A stretch of DNA of 64,000 nucleotides, from NCBI GenBank assembly GCA_050287085.1, contig JBNKBE010000003.1:207350-271349 (forward strand). Direction: 5' to 3'. Origin of the DNA: Polyangiaceae bacterium. GTDB lineage: Bacteria; Myxococcota_A; Polyangia; Polyangiales; Polyangiaceae. The notes below the pieces were generated by a model. It ran no database searches. It saw nothing but the letters and a program-made list of their open reading frames with translations, and was not told where the DNA came from. Positions 34,300 through 44,599 of the stretch are shown piece after piece. The position numbers and the translations under genes were made by a program. The first letter of the stretch is position 1; every line of letters starts with the position of its first letter.

Positions 34300-37200
34300 T
34301 CAAACGCGCGGGCCCAGAGACGACAAGGGTCCCGCGCGGGAGCTGGGCACCGGCAAATACTCGGCCGGAACACGGGTTGCCAGCAGATGCTCGGAGGCCG
34401 TCCGTGCGTCCATCGGCCTGGCGAAAAAGAAGCCCTGTCCTTGATCACACCCGAGTTGGACGAGGCATTGCAGTTGGCGTGCGGTCTCGATTCCCTCTGC
34501 GACAACCATGAGCCCCAGCCCCTGTCCCATCGTGATGATCGCCTTGACGAGCGCACGGTCGGGAGCACCATCGGCCAGCCCACGAACAAAACTCTGATCG
34601 ATCTTCAACACCGTTGCGGGGAAGTCTCGAAGATAACTGAGGCTGGAATACCCAGTTCCAAAGTCATCAATGGCCACGTGAACTCCAAGCGATAGCAAGC
34701 GAGCCAGAGAACGAGCGCAAAGCTCAGGCTCTTCGATCAGCGTACTCTCCAGGATCTCGATCCCAAAGGCGCTCGGATTGAGGCCTGTTTCCGCGAGCAC
34801 GGCCTCGACAAAATCAACGAAGTCCGGCTGCTGCACGTGTTCTGGCGGGATGTTGACGTGCACCGGCACCGGGGGCAGTCCAGGAGTCTGCCACTCGGCC
34901 GCCTGAACACAAGCGCGACGAATCGTCCACTGACTGATCGGTATCGAAAGTCCAACATCGTGCGCAACCGCCAGAAAGCGGCCCGGCCCCATCAAGCCCT
35001 GCTCCGGATGCCGCCAACGGATTAGCGCCTCCGCGCCACAGACGCGCCCATGGGAAAGGCTGAGCACGGGCTGATACCAAAGCTCCAACTCGTCCTCCGC
35101 CAGAGCCTGGCGCAAGCGTGCATCCAGCTGCAGCTTCTCCACGGCCTGTTGATGCATCCCGTGGTGAAAGACCTCATAGCGGGCGCGTCCTTGTACCTTC
35201 GCTCGATACATCGCGGTGTCAGCGTCGCGCAAGAGCTCCTGCGCCGAGCGCTCGCTGCCCCGCCCCAAACTGATTCCGACACTGCCGGAGAGAAAGACGC
35301 GATGTCCCCCAATATTGCACGGCTCCTGGAGTACTTGCTGGATCCGGTCGGCCAGCTCCGTGGCCTCGGCTTCTCCAGCGATGCGTGGCAACACAACGAC
35401 GAACTCGTCCCCGCCTAGACGGGCGACCAAGGCCGGCGCATCGGGACCGCGCGTCTCGACAACAGCGCGAAGGCGGGTGGCCACGTTGATGAGCAGCTCG
35501 TCCCCCGCCTCGTGCCCCAGACTATCATTGACCTTCTTGAAGTCGTCGAGATCGATGAAGAGGAGCGCAAATGTTCCGCCGCGCTCAGCACCGTGCCGTA
35601 CATGCTCCAGAGCCCGCAGCAGTGTGAAGCGATTGGCCAAGCCGGTTAGCGCATCTCGTTCAGCGTTGCGTCTGAGTTGCTCATCAGCACGAGCGCGATC
35701 GACGGCGGCCCCAAGCTGCGTGCCCCAATCACCCGGGCTCCCCATATGGTCTAGCAACTCGGAATCCAAGGGATAACAAAGCGCAAACAGACCGTACTCG
35801 CAGCCGTCACCGCCCCGAATGCTCGCGACTGTCAACATCGTGTTGGTGTCGTGCGCGGCGTCGACAAAAGCCCGCGGAGGGAATGCCTCCGGACTGAACA
35901 TCGTCGCATGTGCGGACACCACGGGCGAGCCCTCACGGGTGAACTGCCCAACCAGCTCCAGCTGCTTAGGCGCCTCCTCCTCTTCCGCTGCGTATTTGGC
36001 ATGGGGGCGCCACAGAGCACAGCAGCCGAGCTGCGCCAGGCCCCACTGCAACCAGCTCAAGTCGCGAAGCGGATCATTGTGTGGATTGCCAAGGGCGGCG
36101 GTAATCCGATAGCCCGCCTCGGACACGGATTCGTATTGCGCCACGAGGACGCGTTCTGAGCGCTGCCAGGCGTGGAGCAAAGTGACCCGCAAGTCGCGCA
36201 GGAAGGTCGTGATGCGGGGATTGAACTCCAGTTCTGGGCACCAGGCACGAGCCGTCGTCTCGAGCAGATTCATCATCCGCACCAAGCTCTCAGCGTCGCG
36301 CTGAAAATCAAGGTAAGGCAGCCACCACGCCAAGATGGGCTGTTCCAAAGGAACAACCCCTTCGACTGCGGCGTGAAGGCCGCGCGCAATCAGCTCCGCG
36401 CCGGGCCAATCAGCCACCCCTACGTCTCGCCCGCTCCGGCCAGACGCCTGTCGCAGAAGCTCGCTCATGAGCATAGCCGCACGGTCCGGCTCCCCCCTGC
36501 GAACCGGCGGCAACAACGTGTGCGCAGCGGTGCATCCACACGAACGACGAAGCACCATTCGAGCGGGAACCCGGACCTGCGCGGGCAATGGTTCGCCGAG
36601 CAAGAGACGATTGAGCAGTAGTTCCGTGGCGCTGGCGGCGACAGCTCGAAAGTCCTGATGAACAGTCGTAAGCGGGGGTTCAGCAAACTGCGCCCCTTGA
36701 ATATCGTCGAAGCCAACGACCGCAAGGTCGCGAGGCAGTCTCTTACCTGCCCGGATCAAACGCGCCATTAGACCGAGCGCCATGCGATCGGTGGCCGCTA
36801 TCAACGCCGTACAGGGGAATGCCCCTACCTCATCTTCCGCCAGCAGAAGGCGCTCTGCGATGCGCTCCCCCGCGCTCTCATCATCCGAAAAGGAACGTAG
36901 CAACAGCGACGGATCGTGCTCGATGCCGTGTTCCGCCAGCGCCGCCTGATAGCCGGCAAGTCGTTCCCGCATCTCCGTTTGAGCAGGGTTGCCCGCGAAT
37001 CCAATACGGGTGTGCCCGTGCTCCAGTAGATGGCGGGTCAGAGCGCGGACGCCCCCCTCGTTGTCGGGAAGCACAGCACATCCGTCGGGTTCCGAGGCGG
37101 CAGCATGCACCGAAACAACTGGTTGCCCGCTGCGCGCAAGGCGGGCCATCAGCTCCGAATCGTCGAAGGCATTGACGGCGAGCCACCCGCAGATGTGGGC

Positions 37201-37374
37201 CGACGCGAGCAGCGGGTCATCACCTGAGTCGGCCAAGCGCAAGCGAGCGGTGTCGAAGGCAACAACCGCTGCTGAACGGGCCGACGCCGCTTCCAAAATG
37301 CCGTCGAGCACAGCCCCGTAGTAGAAGCCGCCCGTTTGTGGCGTGAGTATTCCGATCACGGTTTTCGGCGGCAT
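34300..37374 (-). CDS. LacI-type sugar-binding domain fused to GGDEF and EAL domains
   Basis: PDNEGG..HLLEHGHTRI, ERLAGY, VVGFDD, PPLTTVHQ, RRSCGC; DALTGLANR, GGDEF, EALIRW, DDFGTGYSS, LKIDQSF. Confidence 0.95.
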   Translation of the reverse strand: MPPKTVIGILTPQTGGFYYGAVLDGILEAASARSAAVVAFDTARLRLADSGDDPLLASAHICGWLAVNAFDDSELMARLARSGQPVVSVHAAASEPDGCAVLPDNEGGVRALTRHLLEHGHTRIGFAGNPAQTEMRERLAGYQAALAEHGIEHDPSLLLRSFSDDESAGERIAERLLLAEDEVGAFPCTALIAATDRMALGLMARLIRAGKRLPRDLAVVGFDDIQGAQFAEPPLTTVHQDFRAVAASATELLLNRLLLGEPLPAQVRVPARMVLRRSCGCTAAHTLLPPVRRGEPDRAAMLMSELLRQASGRSGRDVGVADWPGAELIARGLHAAVEGVVPLEQPILAWWLPYLDFQRDAESLVRMMNLLETTARAWCPELEFNPRITTFLRDLRVTLLHAWQRSERVLVAQYESVSEAGYRITAALGNPHNDPLRDLSWLQWGLAQLGCCALWRPHAKYAAEEEEAPKQLELVGQFTREGSPVVSAHATMFSPEAFPPRAFVDAAHDTNTMLTVASIRGGDGCEYGLFALCYPLDSELLDHMGSPGDWGTQLGAAVDRARADEQLRRNAERDALTGLANRFTLLRALEHVRHGAERGGTFALLFIDLDDFKKVNDSLGHEAGDELLINVATRLRAVVETRGPDAPALVARLGGDEFVVVLPRIAGEAEATELADRIQQVLQEPCNIGGHRVFLSGSVGISLGRGSERSAQELLRDADTAMYRAKVQGRARYEVFHHGMHQQAVEKLQLDARLRQALAEDELELWYQPVLSLSHGRVCGAEALIRWRHPEQGLMGPGRFLAVAHDVGLSIPISQWTIRRACVQAAEWQTPGLPPVPVHVNIPPEHVQQPDFVDFVEAVLAETGLNPSAFGIEILESTLIEEPELCARSLARLLSLGVHVAIDDFGTGYSSLSYLRDFPATVLKIDQSFVRGLADGAPDRALVKAIITMGQGLGLMVVAEGIETARQLQCLVQLGCDQGQGFFFARPMDARTASEHLLATRVPAEYLPVPSSRAGPLSSLGPRV

Positions 37375-37548
37375 GACCCCTTACAGACCCTATCACGAGC
37401 GGTCGCCAGCGGCACCTTTCGCCGCGAACCGAGCCCTCGAGCTTCTCCCAATTCCACCCCTGCCTGCGCCCAGCGGAACTCCCCGCTATTGGCCGTCAGA
37501 CCTATCCGCTTGCCCGGAAAGCCCACCGCGGCTAGTGCGCCACCGATT

Positions 37549-38967
37549 TCACTCTCGACGCTTGCGGCCTCTAGCTCGCTCGCGCAGCGTGGTCGCCTGG
37601 CCCGGTTTCACGACCTGCCTCCCCCGGCTTATCACAAACGCATCCGCAGCCACGTCGTCCGTCACGGTCGTTCCAGCGGCCACCAAAGCTCTTTCGCCCA
37701 CACACACCGGCGCCACCAGCTGCGAATCAGAGCCGATGAACGCACCTGCTCCCACCTCGGTTCGATGCTTATTGAAGCCGTCGTAATTGCAGAAGATTGT
37801 GCCAGCTCCGATATTGGCTTCGTCACCGATGGTGGAGTCCCCAAGATAGGACAAATGCCCTGCCTTGGCGCCACGCCCGAGCGCCGTATTCTTGGTTTCG
37901 ACAAAGTTGCCCAATCGAGCCGCTGGTCCCACATCGGTTCCGGCCCGAGCGTGGGTGAAGGGCCCAAGTTGCGCCCCGCAGCCCACCACACAGCGCGTCG
38001 CGACGGTGTAGGGCAAGAATACGACATCCTCCGCCGCGCTTACATCCTCCAAGACACAACCGACATCCACGAGCGTCCCGCTTCCGAGCCTAGTGCGGCC
38101 ACGCAGACAAGCACCCGTGCGCACCTCGACATCCTCAGCCAACTCGACCAGATCATCGATCTCCGCGCTCGCCGCAACGCTCACGCCTGCGGCACGATGA
38201 CGTCGACGAATGCGCTCACGAAGAACGCTCTGCACCTGGACGAGCTGCTCCCGGTCGTTGAAACCGAGCAGCGATTCAGCGGGAAGCATGAGAGTGCCGA
38301 CGCGTCGCCCCTGTCGTGCCGCGAAGCCCACGATGTCGGTGAGGTAGTATTCACCTTGCGCATTGTCACAGGACAACGCGCCAATCGCCTCGACGAGCAG
38401 GGAAGCTCGCACCAGATAGATACCCGCGTTCACCTCCGCAATAGCTCGTTCCGCGTGAGACGTTAGGTCCTTCTCCTCTCGCACTTCCAGCACTCGCCCG
38501 GCAGCGTCGCGCAGAATCCGACCGAAGCCCGTTGGGGCCTCAGCGTGCGCCGTGACAATCAGCAGATCAGTCTGCGCTTCGCCGGCTTCCGTACACAAGC
38601 GGACCACGTCCTCGGAGCTAAGAAGCGGCGTATCCCCATAGACAATTAGGCAATACTCGCAAGACAACGCAGAAAGCGAGGCGCGTACAGCATCCCCGGT
38701 CCCACGCGGCTCGGCTTGCACGCATGTGGTTACAGCCGACGTGCCAAAGACTCCCGCAAGGTGCTCCGTCACCGCGGCGCAGTTTGCCCGACTTACTACA
38801 ACTTGGACTTTCTTCGCCCCTGAGGAAAGAGCCGCCGCCACTGGGAAGTCGATCACGCGACGCCCCGCTAGGCCGAAAAGCACCTTGCTCGTACGGCTCT
38901 TCATGCGCTTGCTCGCCCCCCCAGCAAGCACTACCGCTTCCATATCGAGGTCCGCCAAGTTCTTCAT
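37549..38967 (-). CDS. glmU: Bifunctional UDP-GlcNAc pyrophosphorylase / glucosamine-1-P acetyltransferase
   Basis: GTGDAV, YGDTP, GFGRI, EVNAGIY, NAQGEYYLTD, GNFVETK, HLSYLGD, CNYDG, hexapeptide repeats. Confidence 0.96.
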   Translation of the reverse strand: MKNLADLDMEAVVLAGGASKRMKSRTSKVLFGLAGRRVIDFPVAAALSSGAKKVQVVVSRANCAAVTEHLAGVFGTSAVTTCVQAEPRGTGDAVRASLSALSCEYCLIVYGDTPLLSSEDVVRLCTEAGEAQTDLLIVTAHAEAPTGFGRILRDAAGRVLEVREEKDLTSHAERAIAEVNAGIYLVRASLLVEAIGALSCDNAQGEYYLTDIVGFAARQGRRVGTLMLPAESLLGFNDREQLVQVQSVLRERIRRRHRAAGVSVAASAEIDDLVELAEDVEVRTGACLRGRTRLGSGTLVDVGCVLEDVSAAEDVVFLPYTVATRCVVGCGAQLGPFTHARAGTDVGPAARLGNFVETKNTALGRGAKAGHLSYLGDSTIGDEANIGAGTIFCNYDGFNKHRTEVGAGAFIGSDSQLVAPVCVGERALVAAGTTVTDDVAADAFVISRGRQVVKPGQATTLRERARGRKRRE

Positions 38968-40949
38968 CGCTCCGGAATGAGTTGCGTAAGGACCCGAGGC
39001 GCCGGCGCGACGAGCGGGTCCAAAGGACGACGTTTGGCCGTAGGCTGCTCAGCAGTTGGGTGCTCCGTGTAGACGACCACCGGCTCGTCAGCGGGCAGTT
39101 TGCGGTAACGAGAAAAACGGTTGATGCGCTCCATCATTCCAGCGGAGAGACCGTGGCGACGCCCGATTTGGGCGAGCGTTTCCCCTTCGTGGGCTCGCAC
39201 GACGATGCGGCGACGTCCCTGCTCTTGTTCGGCAGCTTCGATGAACGGAACGCTGCCCGCCTCAAGAACGGTCGTGTGTTGTGGCAGTATGAGACGAACA
39301 TCCCGCAAATCCTTGGGACGCTGCACGTAAGCGCTGAGCACCATCTCACTTTGCAGAGCGGCTGAGGGATCCAGCTCGTTCCACTGCACGAGCTCCCGGA
39401 CGTCGACCCGGAGTGCCCGGGCCACCGACTGCAGCGTGTCGCCCGATACGACGCGGTAAAAGACACGGTGACCCTCGGGCACTGCGGCGTGAGCCGCTAC
39501 TGCCACCCGGGGCTCCTGGTCGGGCTGGTAGCGCCCATTCTTGGTGACCAACAAGACGGTCCCGGGCTCCAGCCGCTCGAACTCGCCAATGCCATTGGCC
39601 GCGATCAACGCCTGCTCCGTCATACCTGTGCGATGAGCAATGGTCGTCACTGTGTCGCCATGACGGGCGACGTAGGTGGCGCGGCTCGCTCCGCTCTTGA
39701 CCCCTCTGAGCGCCAATAGCGCTCTGCTGCCCGTGCCGGTGGGAAGCACTACGGGCCACTGACGCGCGTCGGCTTCACGCCCTCCCGACGCCTTCTTGCT
39801 GTCCTCGGCGCCGGCAGAGGGCGGCGTGAGGTCGCGCAGATACTGAGGATTCATGGCCCGCACCGCATCGACCGGAACGCCCGCCGCCTTGGCAACCCGC
39901 GACAGCTCAATGCCGGGGCCCACCAGGATTGTGTCAAACGCAACCGGGGGATCGGGCTCGATGTCCTGCAGCCCAAAGGCTCGACGATTGTTCATGACCA
40001 ACGCGATCGCGAAAATCTTCGGCACATACAGCGCTGTCTCCCAGGGAATGCCGGCCTCGTATTCCGCCAAACGCCAGAAGTCGTTGGTGTTGAACTTGCG
40101 GACGGAACGCAGCAGACCCGCGTGCCCCATGTTGTAGGCAGCCATTGCGAGTTCCCAAGTACCAAAGCGCTCGTGAAGATCGGACAAGAAGCGCGCGGCC
40201 GCGCGCGTCGCCAAACGAGGGTCCAAGCGTTCATCAACCCAGCGATCTACCGTGAGCCCGTACATCCTCCCGGATGACGGAATGAACTGCCACAGTCCGG
40301 CTGCTCCAGCCGGCGAGAGCGCAAGTGGGTTGTGCCCACTTTCAATCAGACTCAGCCAAACGAGATCCGTCGGCAAACCGAAACGTGTGAGCTCTGCCTG
40401 CAGCGCCGGCGTGTAACGCCCCACCTTCTTGGCCCAGACGCGCGCGATGGCGCGCCCCCGCTCCGTATCGCGGTAGAATTTGAGGTACTCGACCACCCGG
40501 GAGGTAAGCCGGATTGGGAAGTCCGGATGCTCCAGACTACGAAGCCACTCGGCATCAGACGCAGGTGCCAACGTGGCGCTGGGCAGCGCTTGTGCAACGG
40601 GCGGAAGACCTGATAGCTGCACCGATCCGTCGGTGTCCGACCAGGACCAACCCGGACGAAAGCCCTCAAGTCTCCTGGGGAATAATACAAGCTCCGCGTC
40701 GCGCAGCGCCGCGAGCTCAGGATCGGCAAGAGGGGCCGAACTCATTTCGCGAGGAAGCGTCCCAACAACACCACGCCGCGCCGATGTGTCAACGGGTTGC
40801 GCCGGCGCGCCTGCAGGCAAGCGATGCGAAGGCTCGAGGGGCGGGCGCCCCAGCTGATGCGGAGCGCGAACAGAGCCCGCCCACCCCGTAGCCATTGGGC
40901 AAGCCAAGTAGCCTGCGACGGAGAGCAGGAGCACGCGACGAGAGACCAT
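38964..40949 (-). CDS. mltD: Lytic murein transglycosylase with LysM domains (MltD-like)
   Basis: LIESG, AAGLWQF, DERLDP, AAYNMG, ETALYVPK; several LysM repeats (HGDTVTTIA, GDTLQSVA, GETLAQIG). Confidence 0.9.
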   Translation of the reverse strand: MVSRRVLLLSVAGYLACPMATGWAGSVRAPHQLGRPPLEPSHRLPAGAPAQPVDTSARRGVVGTLPREMSSAPLADPELAALRDAELVLFPRRLEGFRPGWSWSDTDGSVQLSGLPPVAQALPSATLAPASDAEWLRSLEHPDFPIRLTSRVVEYLKFYRDTERGRAIARVWAKKVGRYTPALQAELTRFGLPTDLVWLSLIESGHNPLALSPAGAAGLWQFIPSSGRMYGLTVDRWVDERLDPRLATRAAARFLSDLHERFGTWELAMAAYNMGHAGLLRSVRKFNTNDFWRLAEYEAGIPWETALYVPKIFAIALVMNNRRAFGLQDIEPDPPVAFDTILVGPGIELSRVAKAAGVPVDAVRAMNPQYLRDLTPPSAGAEDSKKASGGREADARQWPVVLPTGTGSRALLALRGVKSGASRATYVARHGDTVTTIAHRTGMTEQALIAANGIGEFERLEPGTVLLVTKNGRYQPDQEPRVAVAAHAAVPEGHRVFYRVVSGDTLQSVARALRVDVRELVQWNELDPSAALQSEMVLSAYVQRPKDLRDVRLILPQHTTVLEAGSVPFIEAAEQEQGRRRIVVRAHEGETLAQIGRRHGLSAGMMERINRFSRYRKLPADEPVVVYTEHPTAEQPTAKRRPLDPLVAPAPRVLTQLIPER

Positions 40950-41200
40950 TGGAGTGCAGCTAGCTCCGCGGAGCAACGACGGTCAAGTTCCTGGCTCAGA
41001 CTGAACAGATGAAGGGCACCGGGTGCGCTTCCAAAGCAATGCCGTTGTCGTGCGGACGCAAGTCCGACAGCTCGTAGCGTCGCAACGGAATTCAGCACTT
41101 CCCGCGCGGGCGGCCCTTGCGCTCCATCACCCATTGCATAACCTCTTCGCGCGGCACTCGTGCAATGTGCCCTCAAACCCTCAACGAGGTGTTCTTCAGT

Positions 41201-41734
41201 ATGAAAACAATCGCTTCTCTTCTCGCCCTAGGGGTGTGCTTCGCGTGTTCAAATCCGCCCCCCCCAGAGGTTCCGCCGCCGCCGCCGCCCGCCCCCCTTG
41301 CGCCGCCGCCGCCGCCGCCGCCGGCCGTTATCGCGACACCCCAGAAGGCACCAACACAGGCCACTGTCGCCATCTCAGACCGGATCCGCGCTGCCTGCGG
41401 GATTCAAGATCACGACACGCTCTTCGCCTATGATTCAGCCCAGGTTTCACCTCAGGCGCGAAACGTGCTGCAGCAGTTGGCCACTTGCTTCACCACGGGC
41501 CCGCTGAAGGATGAAGGCATGCGCCTCGTCGGACATGCCGATCCGCGAGGCGATGAAGAATACAACATGGCGCTCGGCGGACGCCGCGCGGAAAACGTGA
41601 AGCGCGCACTCGTTCAACTCGGCATGCGGTCAGAGCTGACCAGCACCAGCTCCCGCGGTGAGATGGACGCCATGGGTACCGACGAAGCCGGCTGGGCACG
41701 GGACCGCAAGGTGGAGGTCATGCTCGCGGAGTAA
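41201..41734 (+). CDS. OmpA/Pal-family peptidoglycan-binding lipoprotein
   Basis: Lipobox CFA-C; Pro-rich linker; FAYDSA, GHADPRG..YNMALGGRRA, SRGE, DRKVE. Confidence 0.92.
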   Translation: MKTIASLLALGVCFACSNPPPPEVPPPPPPAPLAPPPPPPPAVIATPQKAPTQATVAISDRIRAACGIQDHDTLFAYDSAQVSPQARNVLQQLATCFTTGPLKDEGMRLVGHADPRGDEEYNMALGGRRAENVKRALVQLGMRSELTSTSSRGEMDAMGTDEAGWARDRKVEVMLAE

Positions 41735-41797
41735 GCAGACCACGCTCGAAGACCCGCGGCGCTCCTGGCAAGTCCCAGACAATGCGGGCACCATTGA

Positions 41798-41829
41798 AGA
41801 ACGGGAAGGAGTTCGCTCCTTCCCGTTTT
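41798..41829. terminator. Intrinsic terminator hairpin, probably bidirectional
   Basis: acgggaaggag-TTCG-ctccttcccgt is a perfect 11-bp stem followed by ttt, between two convergent genes. Confidence 0.85.
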
Positions 41830-41871
41830 CGTCTATTCCGCCATCACGCTCTTGAGCAGTACCTCAGCTTG

Positions 41872-43356
41872 CTAGCGCTCGATGACCAGGTAGCGAGTCA
41901 TGGCCCCACGTTGGACCACGACGAGTGCGTTGCCCTTGGAACGGCTCAGGAGCGATTCGGCACGTTCCACGGAGTCGATGGCTTTCTTATTCACCTCAAG
42001 CAACACGTCCCCGGGACGTATGCCGGCTTCTGCCGCCTTCGAGCCAGTAGCCACTCGCGCCACCAACACACGACCGGACGTCGACTCCAAATCGAAACGG
42101 CGAGCAACCTCGTCCGTGAGTGGTACTAGGCTCATACCCAGGGACTGACTCGAGCCTGGGGTTTCCCCCGCCTCGCCCGCCGGATGCTCGGCTTCCTTCA
42201 GCGTACCCAGTGTGACCTCAACGGTCATAGCTTTGCCGCTGCGCAGGATCGACAGCTTCACGGGCCGCGCCGCCCCCTTGGCCGCTATCAGATTCCGCAG
42301 GCGCCCGGTGCTGTCGGCGACCACCCCGTCAACCGCGGTGATCACGTCTCCACGCTGAACGCCTGCTTTATCCGCCGCTGACCCGGGGCTTACGCCCGAC
42401 ACCAACACGCCGTTGGTGTCAGCCAGGCCCAGCGCCTTTGCCAAGGCGGAATCCACGTCCTGAATATTGACGCCGAGGAAGCCGCGAACGACTTTGCCGT
42501 TCTTGAGCAGGCTATCAACAATGCCGCTCGCCATATCGGTTGGAATGGCGAAACCAATCCCCTGATTGCCACCGCTGCGAGATAGAATGGCGGTATTGAC
42601 GCCAACGAGCTCTCCCCGCATGTTGACCAACGCGCCACCGGAATTGCCTGGATTGATCGCTGCGTCCGTTTGAATGAAGTCTTCGTAGTCGACGATGCCA
42701 ACGTCCGCGCGCCCCTTGGCGGATACGATCCCCATGGTCACGGTCTGCCCAACTCCAAACGGGTTGCCAACGGCCAAGACGACGTCGCCCAACCGCAGAT
42801 TGGAGCTCTGCCCCACCCGGATCGGCTTCAAGCCCTTGGGATTGCCCTTCAGTCGAAGCACGGCCAGATCGGTGCGAGCGTCCGCGCCAACCACATCAGC
42901 GGGATACTCGGTACCATCAGCCACTGTCACATTAATCTGGGTCGCATCCTCGATTACGTGGTTATTCGTGACCACAACGCCGTCCGCACTCAGGATAACA
43001 CCCGACCCAAGCCCCTCACGCTTTCGTTTGCCGTTGCCCTGATGCCCGGGACCGAATGGGAATGGGAGCCCAAAGGGCATGCCCTCGCGCGGTGCCGCCT
43101 TCTCAGCCGAAACGTGCACGCTCACCACGCTCGGAGTCACCATCTCGGCAACATCAGCGATAGACAGGCCTGAGGGAGAACTGGCAGCTGCAAATGCAGG
43201 CTGCGAGAACGAAGGCAACAAGCTCGTCGCGTCGTCGCCGCTGCTGGGGCCCGTCGCTCCAATGTTGGATGAGCTGGCGCATGCTGGCCAGTATGCAAAA
43301 AGCAGAAGCAACAGCACAGCAGCCGAGAAATTCTTGAACTGAAATGGGCGAATCAT
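41872..43356 (-). CDS. degQ: Do/DegQ-family serine protease with two PDZ domains
   Basis: TNNHV, TDLAVL, QTDAAINPGNSGG, GIGFAIP, RGFLGV; start placed at MIRPFQF (alternative 43455). Confidence 0.92.
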   Translation of the reverse strand: MIRPFQFKNFSAAVLLLLLFAYWPACASSSNIGATGPSSGDDATSLLPSFSQPAFAAASSPSGLSIADVAEMVTPSVVSVHVSAEKAAPREGMPFGLPFPFGPGHQGNGKRKREGLGSGVILSADGVVVTNNHVIEDATQINVTVADGTEYPADVVGADARTDLAVLRLKGNPKGLKPIRVGQSSNLRLGDVVLAVGNPFGVGQTVTMGIVSAKGRADVGIVDYEDFIQTDAAINPGNSGGALVNMRGELVGVNTAILSRSGGNQGIGFAIPTDMASGIVDSLLKNGKVVRGFLGVNIQDVDSALAKALGLADTNGVLVSGVSPGSAADKAGVQRGDVITAVDGVVADSTGRLRNLIAAKGAARPVKLSILRSGKAMTVEVTLGTLKEAEHPAGEAGETPGSSQSLGMSLVPLTDEVARRFDLESTSGRVLVARVATGSKAAEAGIRPGDVLLEVNKKAIDSVERAESLLSRSKGNALVVVQRGAMTRYLVIER

Positions 43357-43558
43357 AGCGAGCAACCTCTTGGACGGTGTGAAAGCTCTGGATCCCAGCA
43401 ACCTCCGGGCCCAATAGGCCGTCCGAGCCCTGAACCAACCAGCATCGATTTCCATTCCGAGGCTCGCGGCCCTTGGGCCGCGCGCTGGGCCCCGGGGGCC
43501 CTAGTGCGCTCCACTGGTGCGGAAGGCCTGGAAGTGAGGCCACCCTCACTCGGTGGTT

Positions 43559-44599
43559 CTAGCGGGATGAAACGACCTGGGTAATGGTACGCGCCATGTC
43601 GAGGAGGTGCACGCGCCGAGCACCAGAGACGCGCCTCACGACTTCCCGCGGCATTCCATACACCACGGCACTCTGCTCGCTTTCGACAAGAACGCTGCCA
43701 CCATGGCGCGCGATGTCCGCAGCCCCCTCTGCACCATCGTCACCCATGCCAGTAAGGACTACCCCCACGGCTCGCTCTCGCATCGTGGCTGCAACGCTGC
43801 GCAACAGCCTAGACACGCTTGGAACATAACGTTCCTCTGGATACGGCGAGACAAGCCTAACGACCAGATGCTCCTCATCGCCCTGCGTAAGCTCCATGCA
43901 GGTGTTGCCGGGACACACCAGAACGTCCCCAGCATATAGGCACTGGCGGTCGGTAGCTTCGAAGACTCGAAGCGGAGTATAGCGATCAAGCCGCTGTGCG
44001 AACGTGGTGGTGAAGCGCGGAGGCATGTGTTGAGCGATGACGACCGCGTAGTCAGGACTTGCTGCCAACTGCGACAGCACCTCGGAAATCGCCGTAGGTC
44101 CCCCCGTGGACGCTCCGATGGCAACAACGAAACGAGGACGCCGCAGCCTCGGCGTCCTCGGCGGAATGCTCACTAGAGGTCGAAGCTTGGGCGCCGGAGC
44201 CGGTTGTCGTGCGGCGCGCAGCAGACCGATCTTGCTCAACAAGAGACGCCCGAAGTCGGCAGCCTCCGCCCGCTCCGGCTTGGAAACGAAGTCGATGGCT
44301 CCGAGCTCCAGAGCGCGAAACACGTTCTCTTTTCGATCGTTGCCGGAGATCACCAGGACCGGCATCGGCTGACTTGCCATCAGCAGACGGAGAAAGCTGA
44401 ACCCGTCCATCTTGGGCATTTCAAGGTCCAGAGTCAGTGCGTCGGGCTTGAGCATCCGAGTGGCCTTTATCGCTTCTGTGCCGGTCGCGGCCGTACCCAC
44501 GACCCGCGCTATGCCGCTTGCCTCGATCGCGCGAAGGATCGCCTGGCGGCTCTGTGGCGAGTCGTCCACCACCAGGATGCGCAGCAGCTCTTCGCTCAC
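43559..44599 (-). CDS. cheB: Chemotaxis response regulator protein-glutamate methylesterase
   Basis: Receiver VVDDS..LDLEMP; GASTGG, AQHMP, LTGMGDDG, VVYGMP; GTG overlaps the cheR stop. Confidence 0.96.
   Translation of the reverse strand: MSEELLRILVVDDSPQSRQAILRAIEASGIARVVGTAATGTEAIKATRMLKPDALTLDLEMPKMDGFSFLRLLMASQPMPVLVISGNDRKENVFRALELGAIDFVSKPERAEAADFGRLLLSKIGLLRAARQPAPAPKLRPLVSIPPRTPRLRRPRFVVAIGASTGGPTAISEVLSQLAASPDYAVVIAQHMPPRFTTTFAQRLDRYTPLRVFEATDRQCLYAGDVLVCPGNTCMELTQGDEEHLVVRLVSPYPEERYVPSVSRLLRSVAATMRERAVGVVLTGMGDDGAEGAADIARHGGSVLVESEQSAVVYGMPREVVRRVSGARRVHLLDMARTITQVVSSR

Noticed and set aside
37336..38466. 376-aa plus-strand ORF
   Set aside because: Antisense shadow of glmU, expected at high GC; no recognisable motifs
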